In this document: piece by piece, positions 34,944 through 49,456 of the stretch | Position numbering within the stretch: position 1 is the stretch's first letter | How the letters are laid out: the number at the start of each line of letters is the position of its first letter | NCBI GenBank assembly: GCA_030390025.1 | Contig: CM059437.1 | Location: forward strand, 54,436,001 to 54,500,000 | Direction: 5' to 3' | DNA length: 64,000 bases | DNA from: Squalus acanthias | Lineage: Eukaryota | Made by a program: the position numbers and the translations under genes | Notes under the pieces: model-generated | What the model saw: only the letters and a program-made list of their open reading frames with translations | Databases searched by the model: none | What the model was told of the DNA's origin: nothing

Positions 34944-36135
34944 TTCAAGAATCTTATGTATTCGTCTAATATACCATCAGTAAACGTTCTTTGAACAAAG
35001 TTCGAAATTAAAGGTTATTTTTTTTAGTTTAATTGCTGTATTTCAAGTTATAACAATAAATATGCAGTTAGTTTGTGTGCTTGATTCCACTGGGTGAACC
35101 CAAGAGTGTGCTGAGTCTGCAGTCATCACACCTTTACTGTCTCATTGCAGTGAAATAAAATTATTGTTCCACTGTCTCAGATGATGTTATTCTTTTCTTG
35201 CTTTAATTCTCTCCGAATTTATGACCATTTTTAAAACGTTCAAATCTCGAGGTTCCACTCTTTGTGAACTTTTTCAAATTTACATAAAGCCGCCAAACTC
35301 TCGATCGAAAAGCGATTTTACAGAATGGATGGGTGACCGGGTCGAAATATAACAAGGTATAAAATGTTAAATTCGGTTTGTATATTGATTGAACTGCATT
35401 GCGTCTGTGATTGCGTTTAAGGTTCTCCTTTTTTCTGTATGACCTCGGTGAGAAACTACATAAATACCAAATAACGTTGTACCATACCCGTTGGAAAAGA
35501 TAAATCTTAATCAGCGTTGAAGTGGAACGAGAATAGAACTGAATTGAAAAGAGAACGCATAGAATCATAGAATGATGCGGCACACAAGGAGGCCATTCGG
35601 CCCAGCGTCCTTGTGCTGGCTCTTTAAAAGAGCTTGTCCAATCGTCCCACTCCACTGCTCTTTCCCCATAGCCCTGCAATTTTCTCCTCTTCAAGTATTT
35701 CAGCGCCATCTCTGAATTCATGCTACAAGTAGGTAAGGTATGATGAGAAACATCCACATGTTAGAGTTTATTTTGAATCCATTTTAATTGCATTGACCAG
35801 ACACATAAGAACATGAACAGTACAAATGCCCCCTTTTGTGCAAAATGCTTCGTGAACCAAAGGTATCGCTGTGGAGTGTTAGAAGGTGTACATAGTTAAC
35901 GGCTAAATTAGGATAACTTGACATGATCAGAATGCATTATGGCTGAACGCCTTGAGAATTAGTAATGTTGCTATAGGACAAACTTGATTAGGGATAATGG
36001 AAAAATACATGACTGAGCTCATCAAAGCCATGTAAGAAAAGAACCATAAGAGATCTTGAGATAAAAAGAACTGGAACAAGGGATACAAAGATATCAGCTG
36101 AGATGGAGTTCCAAGGGCAGAACTATTACAACTCA

Positions 36136-36359
36136 AATGAGAAGTCGCACAACACCAGGTTATAGTCCAACAGTTTTATTTGAAATCACGAGCATTCGGA
36201 GCGCTGCTCCTTGGTCAGGCCACTTTACCTGACGAAGGAGCAGCGCTCCGAAAGCTCGTGATTTCAAATAAAACTGTTGGACTACAACCTGGTGTTGTGC
36301 GACTTCTCATTTCTGTCCACCCCAGTCCAACACCGGCATCTCCGCATTATTACAACTCA
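36136..36359. mobile_element. Second-family Penelope-like fold-back insertion in spacer B
   Basis: 85-bp inverted arms (36135-36219 / 36228-36312, 3 mismatches). 12-bp TSD TATTACAACTCA (36124-36135, 36348-36359). Empty site at 3837-3848. Confidence 0.8.
36225..36261 (+). ncRNA. Minimal type I hammerhead ribozyme motif
   Basis: TTAC-CTGACGA-a-GGAGC-agc-GCTCC-GAAA-GC-TC-GTGA. Helix I UUAC/GUGA, 5-bp helix II, palindromic AGCU helix III. Predicted cleavage after C36257. Confidence 0.7.
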
Positions 36360-38399
36360 GTTCAGATATGCCTGCTTGCTAACCTGTATAAATATGAATG
36401 ATCAGCAACAATGTTCAGTCTTAGCGCTGCAAATTGCCATGAACAGTATCGTCTGTATGTCCCATATAGACATTCTACTTCTGAGTTTATAAACGTATAT
36501 TACTTACTTGTAGTCTTAGTAGGTTCTCAAATATCAATAAACATCAGTCAATGTATCACTTACTCATGCGTCTTAGAATATGTTCATTACTTTTTATACA
36601 TGTTTGGAAACATGTAGCAAGACTCTAAGCAATGGTTATTTGACCAGCGATCCGGGACTGATCAACACTGAGCCTACCCCACCGTGCATTAGAGGGAATT
36701 CAGGAATAGCAATTGAATTTGGCGTTAATAATAAAATGTAGAAGTTATGGAGAATTTGGGAAAATATGTACACAAATAAAGCGGCAGCCGCGCTGGTGGC
36801 CCACTGCAACTAGCGAACTTGATGGAGAACACCGACCGCTGAGCGAGTTGGATCAGGTGCTAGAAATATAGCTCTCTAGTGCCCGATAGAATTATAAAAA
36901 TAACACTAAATCAGCGGTGGTGCAAGTTTTGATTGCCGTTACTAAGGCAAATGAAGTTTAGAATAAGAAACTAAGAACTAGATTAAAAGAAAAAGGGTGA
37001 GCAGCAAGGACTCCGTGTAACCTGTCAAGAACTAATAACACAACTAGAATAATGCTCAAAACTTTGTAATAAATTAAAATACATTGTGCAGGAGGAGGAT
37101 AAGGAGTACCAGGAGTTAAAGTGAGCCATTAAACATTAGACCAAGGCTGTGATGCAGTTTGGTAAAGATACCTCAGCTATTCACATCGAGTGTAACAAAA
37201 GTATTGGGAGACAAGAGAAATAAATTAAAAGCCCACAAGGCTGTTACCCAGACATTCACCGTGCCAGGCTTGGTTGAAGTCTCTGACCAATGGGCGGTTA
37301 TATTGGTAACATTGTGGGGGTACATCAACCACGTCCCCTGAGCGAGTAAACAAGGTGACACAACAGGAGCACCAATGCAAGCCTGAGAACAAGCATCTCT
37401 TACACGTAAATGAGGATTTAAATCATTGGAAAACTTGGGTCAGTAGTCAATATAAGAGATTGAAAGTTGAGGTGAGAGTACAAGGATAAATAATGCAGAA
37501 GAGGATATCACTTTTCCACCGGTGACACGGGCTACATCAGGAGTTTTTCTGTTTCAGTGTACAGTTTCCTTTAAATTTCACTGTTAAACTGCAGTCTGTA
37601 GAACTATGCCCGTGGTGGCTCCGTCCACTTTTCACAGTCGCTCTCTAAAGTGTTAACCCTTTGTAGACCTTACCTTAGTTACCATTAAGATTGGTACAAA
37701 TATTTAAATCCTGCAAGAGCTATTTTTTCTCATTTTTTACATTGAATGGATAGGCAACGAAACAATCCACTTGGGATGAAGATAAACTATATTTTAAAAC
37801 CGAGGTCATAACTACTGCTACCTGTAAGAGTAGTTATAGTGAGTAGAATAGCCAGCATCATATTAAGTTAGGTCACAGCACTTTTAGAAGGGGTTAATGG
37901 AATTAAGTTAGTCTCCGAGCAGAAAGGGACACAGAGATTAGCACCAACGTTTGGGAAGATGCACTGTCTGGAATTAGGTTGGGAGTTTGAAAGAATACAA
38001 GTCTTTCTCTGCAATAAATATCTATAAGAGTTAAGGAAGTGAAGGCCATGAGTGAAGACTGTCGTTGAGCAATAAGCAGACAGCGATACGAGTATGCATG
38101 CGAACATGTGAGGTGGAAATTACACTGCATATTGCAATGATGTATCAACAGAATGTAACAGGAACTGGCTAACATACAACATTATGCATAAACCACGTAG
38201 TTAGTCCTATAACCCTTCTATTTCTTATCTGCATGCTGCCCCTCCTCGACATTAACAGAAGACACAACATCAGGTTCCAGATGTATGCTGACGATACCCA
38301 GCTGCAGCTCACCACCACCTCTTTCAATCCCTCCACTGCCTCTGTGCTGTCAGACATCCATTCTTGGCTGAGCAGAAATATCCTCCAATTAACAAGCGA

Positions 38400-40030
38400 A
38401 GTCTATTAAACCTGTCCTCATAATTTAACTCTTTTAGTCCAAGTATCATCCTGGTGTATCTTCGCTGCAACCCCTGCAAGGCCAATATATCCTTCCTGAG
38501 GAGCAGGTCTCAGAACTGAATACAGAAACTACACTTTGGGTCTAACCAGAGCTCAGTACAGCTGTAACATAACTTCTACCCATTTCTATTCCAGCCCTCT
38601 TGAAATAAAGACCAACATTCCATTAGCCATTTAAATTATCTTTTGTAGCTTTAAGTGATTTCTATACTTGGACCCCTAAATCTCTCTGCTCATCCACAGT
38701 TCCTAGCTTCTAACCATTTAGAAAATACACTTTCTTGGTTCCAAAGTGGATGACCTCATATTTTCCTGCATTGAACTCCACCTGCCACCGTTTTCCCCAC
38801 TCACTTAATCTATCAATATCCCTCGCAGAGAACGCCATGATACCGCCTTTGAAACTGACTGCATTTTCTGGATTTCATGCCCTAAATCCAGAACTTGCGA
38901 TCTGTCAAGTTCCGACTCCGCATCAGCTTCGCTGCACGTTTCATCCTCCCGTTGAAATCAACGTGCTGGCGAAAAGTTGGGTTAATTGCCCACCTACTGC
39001 GCATTAATTACGGTGGATTTTTTTTACGGCTGGTACAAATATGCGCTTGAGCCTGTTTGCACCGCGTAAGGGGCAGGGCGCTGAGAAATTTGTATAGGTA
39101 TTAATTATCTTGCTATTAAATTAACAATGCCTTCTCAGTTTACCTCGCCTCTTTTGTCAGAACCCACTAGAATAAGCATTATGATGCAATGCTGATTCTG
39201 AATGACCTTACCCTCGGCAAGTTCGCTTATCATTCCTTTCGTCTTTTATCGATTTTTTTAAATGGACACGTTTTCCATTATAGTAATGCTGTACGTTATT
39301 TGAAATATTCATCGGGATATAAAATTATGAATTCAACATGGTATAAATCTGTCGCTGTTCACAGAGCTTTATTTTAACAATCCTTTCATAATTGCCAGTT
39401 TTGTTCGGCTTTTGTAATTAAATATTTAAATGCCAATAACATCCTCTTTATACTGGGTCTTTACAAGTGAATGCTACACAAAAAACTGGAAACATCTAGA
39501 ACCACAAACAACAGCAATCTCCTCTGTTTCCTGATTGGGTAAGAGTCTGGAAGTGAAAGGAGCACCGCCCCACGTGATCCCAGGTATGCTTACCCACAAC
39601 AGTGCGCTCCTGGGACCAGTGGGCCACTGAGCTGCACACAACTCCGCAGCGAAACAATGCAAGTTCGCGAAGGTGGGTTCGCACCAGGTAAGTGCAGATT
39701 TCCTACAGATGTCAGTGGCGTAATCCTTAGCTACGATGCCGACTGCAAATTCAGGGCCATTATTTGATGTGCCACCTAGTTGAGTTTCGTCAGCAAACTT
39801 CCATATACAGCTCTCTATTCCTTCATCCAAGTCGTTTATCCATATAATGAAAAGCTGCGGGCCCATTACAGATACCTGGCAGACAACACTCGGCTCATTC
39901 GACCTATTTAAGTACATACCATTTATTCCTACTCTCTGTCTCTTACCTCATAACCAATTCCATGCCAAAGCCAATAGTTTGCTCCCAATTCCATTCGCTC
40001 TCATTTTTGTCAACAGTTTCTTAAATGACA
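38400..40030 (-). mobile_element. Old CR1 fragments interrupted by a Harbinger-like piece (about 38820-39760)
   Basis: Minus-strand GPQLFIIWINDLDEGIE..KFADET. A right-end-like gcaaattcagggcc-att lies near 39745-39761; the left TIR was not found. Confidence 0.5.
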
Positions 40031-42166
40031 TTGTCAAATCACGCCTGTACTCACCGACCAATTTTGCTGCTTGTCCACCAATGCCTGGTTATTAAAAATC
40101 TCATCCGTATGTTCAAATCCCTCTGTAGTCTCGCTCGTCCCTGTCTCTGTAACATCCTCAAGCCATACAACCGTCTGATAATGCTGCACTCCTCCAACTC
40201 TGGACTCTTGTGCATGTTCCACTTCCTTCACCCCACCATTGGAGGCCGTGACTTCAGACGCCTCGGCTCTAAGCTCTGAGTTACCTCCCCAAAGGTCTTT
40301 GCGACTCCACCTCTCTCTCCTCCTTTAACACGCTGCTTGCAAACTGCCTCCTTGACTAAGTATTTGGCTATTTGTCCTAATGTCTCCTTCTTTGGCTCGG
40401 TGTCAATTGTTGTCTGTTTACGCTCCTGTAAAGCTCATTGGGTCCTTTTCCTACATTAAAGGTGCTACATAAATGTAAGTTCTTGTTGTTGTTGATGTTA
40501 TTCTATAGATACTGAGAACAAAAATAAAAGTAGCAGTGACCCCCTCAGTAACAATCACTCGCAAACTGTCTCCATTTGAAGCAAGATGCACTTACCCTCA
40601 CTCTTAGTTTTTTGTCCTCAAATAACTTTCTATCCACGCTGCTACATTTCCTCTTCTACCATACGCCTAAATTTTCTAACACCCCTTCTGGAAATCCATG
40701 CACACTACAACCACTGAATTCTCTTTCTCTCTATAATTAATTCAATGGATCCATATTTTGTATGTGGGAATATTGCATTGCAAGCCTGTGACATGCCCAT
40801 TATTTATTTCAAAAGAGCAGTCAAGTAGGTTTTAGTACCACAAGTGAGTCCTGGAGTCGATTTGTGGGGACAACTTGACAGTGACGTACCCAAAGCTTCT
40901 TGAAGGAGGGAGAACCAGTCTGATGAATTCCATCCTATTGCCATTGTATAGAGATAAATAGAGGAAGAATAAATCTTCTGTCTAAAAAAGTATACATAAT
41001 TCATAATGTACCGTATACATTTAGAGCTGGGTCTGGGCTCACCGGGGCAAAACTAAATGCTACACGTTTCTTGCATGTTAAGCTTCCATGAAGTGGTATT
41101 TATATTAGACTATCACACAATGTTAACATGTTAATTATGCCATGAAGGCACAGTCTGGGAGGTGTGAACAATATTGCACCATGTATCATTTAAGTTGGCG
41201 ATCAGAGCAAACATTAAACCATTAATATGCATTTCTCGTACCCGTATCCTAACTCGCATAATTCCCGTTCACCCATCACCACTGTGCTCGCTGACATACA
41301 TTGGGTATTCATCCAGCAATGCCTCAGTGTTAAAATTCCCACCTTTGTTTTTAAATTCCTCCATGGCCTCACCCCTCCATATCTCTCTAAACTCCTACAG
41401 CACTACAACCGCCTCAGAACTGTGCACACCTCCAAATCTGGCCACTTGAGCAACACCGCTTTTAATCGCTCCACCATTGGCTGCGTGCCTTCAGCTGCCC
41501 AGGCCCACAGGTCTGGATTTGCCTCCCTGAAACTCCCCGCCTCTCTACCTCTCTCCTTCTTTAACATTCTCCTTAAAACCTATCTCTTTGACAACGTTTT
41601 TGGTCACCTGTCGTAATATCTCCTTATGTGGCTTGGTGTCAAATTTTGCTTGATAACGCTCCTGTGAAGCACCTTGGGACGTTATGCTACCTTATAGGCA
41701 CGATATAAATAAAATTTGGGGGTTTAGCGCTGGCTGTTAAGGCCATTTTGAAAGAAAAATCGGTCAGCCGCCATTTTGGGCAGGTCGGAAACGCTGCCGA
41801 TACATGCGCTCACTGCAGATATTTAGATTCGGCTGATCGTGACGTCAGTGTGTGTGCATCGCTCACTTCTCTGCCGGTTTGCAGTTTTCACCTTCGCAGC
41901 GCCACTTACTGGTCGATGCAAATCACAACCAGAAGACCCAGCGTTCAGCAGGAAGGAGGCTCCAGCAGCGCTACTTAAAGGGATCATCATCACCAACATG
42001 CAGCTGACATGGTTTTTCAGTTTGACTGACCCTGTGTAACTTTCTGCAACTGGTGTAGCATTCGCAACTTGGTTCAAGTTCCTGAGGTGACAGGGAGTGT
42101 TGGTACAAGTGGAGAACGCCTTCACTCTCATTTACAGGCTTCTGCTCACACCACGTACTCACCGTC

Positions 42167-42560
42167 ATGGGGCTCTATTTGCAGTCCCGTTGGTGCTCGA
42201 GTATCTTCAGGAGGGAGCTGAGGCAGCAAAGAAGAGGGGAAGATGCACGCAGAGGGACTAGAAGAAGGGCCAGGAGGGCTCTCAACAGGAGGCCTCACCC
42301 ACCAAGGGTCGTCCGAGAGCACTTATCTTATCTCAACTTAAGCGAGGAGCAGTGTAGTAGGAGGTTCAGCTTCACCAAGGAGGTGGTCACACAACTGTGC
42401 CACCTCCTGCAACCAGACCTGCAACCTTAGCACACGGCAAACACGGCTCTCCCAATGGCTCTCAAGGTCACCGTGTCCCCCAATCTTTTCCTCAGCAGAT
42501 CCTTCCAGTCTGTAGCAGGAGACATAGCTAACATCTCCCATTTCAACGTACATCACTGCA
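42167..42560 (+). pseudogene. Harbinger transposase N-terminal relic (paralog of 9920-10290)
   Basis: RRALNRRPHPPRVVREHLSYLNLSEEQCSRRFSFTKEVVTQLCHLLQPDLQP. Confidence 0.75.
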
Positions 42561-45500
42561 TCCGGATGCAGTTAGAGATGTGACAGGTTTTAAGCAAGTA
42601 CAGAGGCAGGGAAAGAGGGAGGGGAGGAAAGAACAAAAAGGATGGTCTGGGTAGAAGACAGAAGCAATAAAATGTAAAAGGGATGATGGTGCAAGGCAAA
42701 AGGGGATGGTTATGGGACAATAAAAGAAACAAAAGATTGGTCTAGAGGAGTAGAAAATATCAAAAGCAATATCATTAGCAGCTATTGCTGTCCGACTAAA
42801 TGAGATCTGAAATAGTTAAATTCAACCTTGAGTACGGAAGGCTGTAAAGTGCCTAATCAGAAGATGAGGTCTAACCAAGGTTCGATGCAAGTTTAACAAA
42901 ATTTCTCGGCTTTTCAATTCTATCCCTCTAGAATTGAAACCCAGTGCTTGATTTGCATTTTATGGCCTTATTAACCAGCATCATGACTTTGAGTGATTTG
43001 TGTATCTGTACCCCTAGATCCCTTTGCGCCTCTACCCCATTCAGATTCTTATTATCCAAGCATTATGTGGCCTCCTTATTCTTCCAACCAAAGTACACCA
43101 CTGTTGAGATTAACTTATCTCTGGTCTTTCAAATAATCAGGATCGAGTGCAAACCAATATGGTGGTTATATTGAGTTTAATCGGAGTTTAGGATGGCAAA
43201 TAACACACTAGTTATACAGCAAAAAGATACGATCATGACAATTGCTGGTACCGGACCCGATCGGACAGTCAGCTGGCACACACGAACAACTCGTCTTATT
43301 CGTTCTCCTTCTTGTAACACGTGTCTCTCTCTCTCTCTCTTTCAGAACTACCCAAGAGTGTTAGGCTAGGGTCAGCATGGGTACACTCTCAGAAGAGTGT
43401 CAGAACACCAATTTCACACTTGGGAGCCTTTCGCTCCACGGTCTGAACTAAGGGTTCTTTAGGTCTACCTCGCATTTTATTTTTAGGGGTGGGTCTGAGG
43501 TAGAATATGGACAGGACCATTTAACGTTATAGAGGCTCCCCTTAAAACAAGGTGCCCAATGGCATGTCGGGTTTTTTGTCTAAACTTACAGATGAAGACC
43601 CTCCCTCAAGGTGGTTGGCGGGGTGAGGGGGGGGGGGCGGGGTTCGTCATAACAATTACACATGTTTTCTTGCTTATACAGCTTTGAAGGGAAATCCTTC
43701 TGGATCCCACTTATCTCGTCTGGCCCTGTCCTCCAATGGTTTAGTCCCTTATCTCATCCTGTCTTGTCCTCCCTGGTCTGGAGCCAGGAGCCCAGACACA
43801 CCAAGCTTGGCCTTTAAACTCCTTCAGTCAGAGACCCCATTGTTGGAACTGCTTGTTATCAATTATTTATGTTCATGCTGCTGGCCGTGCAAACTAACTA
43901 TTTCATTTCATGATCAGTTTATTGTACCATGAAATGAAACATTAAATTCCCATAGATATCCTCTATTCTATGCCCTTATACTAATTAACATTTACATTTC
44001 TTCGTAAGCAGTTCTGTTAAACGAACTCCAATTCCTATCTCAGCGTTATATTATGGTTATTAGTAATAATGGAAGAAACGTAGGTTGGATCTTCATTGGC
44101 CAAATTAAAGACACATTAAACAAAGTCAAAATCCTAACTTACAAACAACAGACAGCCAGCCTGGCAGGGAAGGTCATGCTGTGGGCCCCGATGTGGGATG
44201 TTATGCATCAACTAATCTAACTAACTAAAAACACTTTGTCTCGATTCTAATACAAGTTTTCCAAGAAACGAAACTTACACAGTTCTAGTAAGACACAACT
44301 TATACATTAAACCGTTATTTGTCTCGAGCAGAAGCATACAATCATTTAAACACAGTATGATTCATGTCACAGTTACATTCGCATAACCATATATGTTTTT
44401 AGGCACCCCTAATTTCTAACAGTCCCCACCCGACACCTCCCCCCCTCGCCCCCCACCCCGCCACCCCCGGAAAACTCTATTTCGACCTCTCATTTTCGAA
44501 CTTTACCAACTCTAGATTATTGGTTCAACCCCTCACTCAAATTCAATTCACTGATCTGGTGTTCCAATTCTGCCCTGCCTGGGGTATTCTGTATTTCTTC
44601 TATCTTTCCTGATCAGTGCCATTCATAACTCCTCAGATAATGAAGCTGTACATGCCCGCATGCAACAAGATCTGGACGACGTTCAGGCTTGGGCTGATAA
44701 GTGGCAGCTAACATTCGCACCACAAAAGTGCCAGGCTATGACCATCTCCAACAAGCGAGAGTCTAACCACCGCCCCTTGACATTCAACAGCATTAACATC
44801 GCCGAATCCCCCCCATCAACATCCTGGGGGTCACCATTGACCGGAAACTTAACTGGACCAGCCACATAAATACTGTGGCAACAAGAGCAGGTCAGCGGCT
44901 AGGTATTCTGAGACGAGTGTCTCACCTCCTGATTTTCCACCATCTACAAGGCACGAGTAAGAGGTAATATGGAATACTCTCCACTTGCCTGGATGAGTGG
45001 AGCTCCAACAACACTCAAGAAGCTCGACACCATCCAGGACAAAGCAGCACACTTGATTGGCACCCCATCCACCACCTTAAACATTCACTCCCTCCACCAA
45101 CGGCGCACCATGGCTGCAGTGTATACCATTTACACGATGCACTGCAGCAACTCGCCAAGGCTTCCTCAGCAGCACATCACAAACCCGCGACCTCTAAAAC
45201 CTAGAAGGACAAGGGCAGCAGGCGCATGGGAACACCATCACCTCAAGTTCCCCTCCAAGTCACACACCATTCTGAATTAGAAGTTTATCGCTGATCCTTC
45301 ATCATCGCTGGGTCAAAATCCTGGAACTCCCTACCTAACAGCACTGTGGGAGTACCTTCACCACACGGAATGCAGCGGTTCAAGAAGGCGGCTCAACACC
45401 ACCTTCTCAAGGGCAATTAGGGATGGGCGATAAATGCTGGCCTTGCCAGTGACACCCGCATCCCGTGAATAAATAAAAAAAAATCTTACGCAGCCTGGGG

Positions 45501-46129
45501 TCTCCTTTACTTCATTTCGGATTTCCGTCCGTCATTAATTCGTTAGTACAGTTAGTCATGATTATAGATACACATTTGGCTTATTCATCAAATTCTTACT
45601 ACACGGGTTATTTATATCAAATACAGTATAATTACAAGTTGGAGAACTACCAGAGCGTGTGAAATAATATTTAACAAGCGTGTGCTGATATAATAAGCCC
45701 AATGTCCCACCAGAGTGAATCGTCCCGATGTTGTCAATTTCAATATCTATTCCCGAATTGTCTTGCTCCAAAACATAAAAATGCTTTCGCGGGGAGTTCA
45801 GTCGCATCACAAGCTCACTGAAGTCCTCAGACAACAGGGGAATGTCACACCCAAATGTGCCACGTAACTGTCCAGCTCGTACTTAAGTGTCTCATATACT
45901 GTCAGTTTCACTTGAGCATAAATTTTGATTTTGAGTAAAACGTGTTGGTTGATAGTTGTGGGTAGATGTGGTGTGAAGCAGGAACTGGGGCTATTAATGT
46001 GACAGGTCCCGGTAGACCTGTAAAGCATGGTAGTTACATTAGTAACACAGTAGACACCACCAAAACCACCTCATACTGGATTCATACTGGTTTTTCCCAT
46101 GCTCTGCTACCTACAAAACACAATTATTA

Positions 46130-48547
46130 CAATAAAGGCCGACATTCCATTTGTCTTCCTAATTACTTGCTGCACCTGCATGTTAACTTTTTGTGTTTCA
46201 TGTGCAAGGACACCCAAATCCCTCTGTACCGCCGTATTCTGTAGTCTTTCTCCATTTAAATAATAGTGTTCTTTTCTATTCTTCCTACCAAAGTGCATAA
46301 TTTCAAATTTTCCCAAATCATCCTCCATCTGCCAAATTCTTGCCCACTCACTTAACCTATATATATCCCTTTGCAGACTCCTTATGTCCTCCTCACAACT
46401 TGCTTTCCCACCTATCTTTGTATCATCCGCAAATTTGGCTCCAATACACTCGCTTCTTTCATCCAAGTCATTAATATAGATTGAAAATAGTTGAGGCACC
46501 AGCACTGATCCCTGTGGCACCCCATTAGTTACAAATTGCCATCCCGAAAATGACCCATTTATCCCGAGTCTCTGTTTTCTGTTAGTTAGCCAATCCTCTA
46601 TCCAATCTAATATATTACCCCCAACACCATGAGCTCTTATCTTATGAAGTGACCCTTTATGTGGCACCTTGTCGAATGACTTTTGGAAATCCAAATACAC
46701 TACATCTATTGGTTCCCATTTATCCACATGGCTCGTTACATTCTCAAAGAACTCTAATAGATTTGTCAAACACGATTTCCCTTTCATAAAACCATGTTAA
46801 CTCTGTTTGATTGTACTTTGATTTTCTAAATGCCCTGCTACTACTTCCTTAATAATGGATTCGAGTATTTTGCCAATGACAGATGTTAGGCTAACTGGTC
46901 TGTAGTTTCCTGCTTTCTGTCTACCTCCTTTTTTGAATAAGGCCATTACATTTGCCGTATTCCAATCCGCAGGGACTTTTCCAGAGCCAAGGGAATTTTG
47001 GAAGATTACAACCAACGCATCCATTATCTCTGCAGCCACTACTTTTTTGACCCTAGGTTGCAGGCCATCTGGTCCAGGGGACTTGTCAGCCTTTAGACAC
47101 ATAAGTTTGCCTAGCACTTTTTCTCTAGTAATAGCGATTGTTTTAAGTTCCTCCCTCCCTTTTGCCCCTGATTTTCTACTATTACTGGAATGTTTTTAAT
47201 GTCCTCTACTTTGAAGACAGATACAAAATATTTGTTCAATGCCTCAGCCATTTCCTTGTTTCCCATTATTATTACCCCAGTCTTGTCCTCTGAGTGACCA
47301 ACATTTACTTTAGCTTATCTCTTCCTTTTTATATACTTGTAGAAGCTCTTACTGTCAGTTTTTATATTTCTTGCTGGTTTCCTCTCATAAGCTATTTTCT
47401 CCCTCTTTATATTTTTAGTCATCCTTTGCTGGTTTCTAAAATTTTCACAATCTTCTGGCCTACCACTAATCTTTGCAACATTGTATGCCCTTTCTTTCAA
47501 TTTGATACTATCCTTAACTTCCTTGGCTGGACATGGTTGGTTCGTCATTCTCTTCCAGTCTTTCTTTCTCACTGAAATATATCTTTGTTGAGAGTCATGA
47601 AATATCTCTTTAAATGTCTGCCACTGCTTTTCTACTGTCTTATCTTCTAATCTATTTTCCCAGTCCACTTTAGCCAACTCTCTCCTCATACCTTTGTAAT
47701 TGCCTTTATTTAAGTTTAATACTCTAGCTTCAGACCCAAGTTTCTCACCTTCAAACTGAATGTGGAATTCTGTCATGTTATGATCACTCTTCCCTAGAGG
47801 ATCCTTTACTATGAGATAATTAATTAATCCTGTTTCATTACATATTACCAGATCTAAAATAACCTATTCCCTGGTCGGTTCCACAACGTATTGTTCCAAG
47901 AAACTGCCCCGAATACACTCTATGAATACGTCCTCAAGGCTGCTTTTGCCAACTTGATTTGTCCAATCTGTATGAAGATTAAAATCGCCCACAATTATTG
48001 CAGTACCTTACTTACAAGCCTCCATTATTTCTTGATTTATACTAGGTCCTACCATGTACCTACTGTTAGGGGGCATATAGACTACTCCCACCAGTGCCTT
48101 CTTTCCCTTACTATTTCTTATCTCCACCCAAATTGATTCTACATCTGGAACTCCTGAGCCAAGACATTTTTCACTATTGTACTGATCTCATCCTCTACTA
48201 AAAGAGCTACTCCACCTCCTTTTCCTTTCTGTCTATCTTTCCGAAATATCAAATACCCCTGAATATTCAGTTCCCAGTCTTGGTCACATTGCAACCACTT
48301 CTGTGTGATGGCTATTAGATCATATCCATTTACTTCTATATGTGCCGTCAATTCATCTATCTTGTTACGAATGCTGCGTGCATTCAGATAAAGAGCCTTT
48401 AATTTTGTCTTTTTAACATTTTTCCCTACTTTGACCTTATTTGCTGGTGCACTCTTATGTTTGTACGCTCTCTCCCTTCCTGTCGCACTCTGGTTTTCAT
48501 TGTCCATATCGCTACCCTGTACTATTGCCCTGTCCTTTCTCTTTAAC
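46130..48547 (-). mobile_element. CR1 LINE ORF2 (EN plus RT) inside the provirus, longer than its paralog at 19841-21539
   Basis: [45 protein letters not shown]. Confidence 0.9.
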
Positions 48548-49456
48548 TGTTGGCGATAACTTATTTCTGGTCTTTCGAATAATCAGGATCGTATGCAAAT
48601 CAATGTGGTGCGTATATTGTGTTTAATCGGAGTTTAGGATGGAATCTAACACACCAGTTACACAGCAAAATATATTACTGTGACAATTAGCAGGTACCAG
48701 ACCAGATCGGACAGATGGCTGGCGTGTGCGAACAAGTCTTCTTATTCATTTCCCTTCTTGTCTCACGTGTCCCTCTCTCTCTTTCTGAACTACCCAAGAG
48801 TTTTAGACTAGGGTCAGCATGGGTCCACTCTCGGAAGAGTGTTAGACCACCGATTTTACTCTTGGGAGCCCTTCGCTCCATGGCTGAGCTAAGAGTTCTT
48901 TAGATCTTACTTTTATTTTATTTTTAGGGGTGGGCCTGAGGTAGAATATGGAAAGGACCATTTAACCTATAGAGGTTCCCCTTCAAACAAGGTGCCCAAT
49001 GGCACGTCGAGTTCTTTGTCTAAAAGTACAGATGAAGACCCTCCCTCAGGGTGGTGGGTGGGGGGGCGGGTCTTCCCAACCTTTACACATGCTTTCCTGT
49101 TTATACAGTTTTGAAGGCCAATCTATCTGGATGCCGCTTATCTCGTCTGACCCTGTATCTCATCCTGTCTTTCCTCCCTGGTCTGGAGTCAGTAGCCCAG
49201 ACACACCAAGCTTGGCCTTCAGACTCCTTCAGTCAGAGACCCCATTGTTGGAACTGCTTGTTATCAATTATTTATGTTCATGCAGCTGGCCATGCAAACT
49301 AACTATTTCATTTCATTATCAGACTTTTGTATCATGAAATGAACCATAAATTCCCATAAATATCCTCTATTCTATGCCCTTATACTAATTAACTTTTACA
49401 TATCTTCGCAAGCCGGACTGTTAAATGAACTCTAATTCCTACCTTAGCATTATAAT

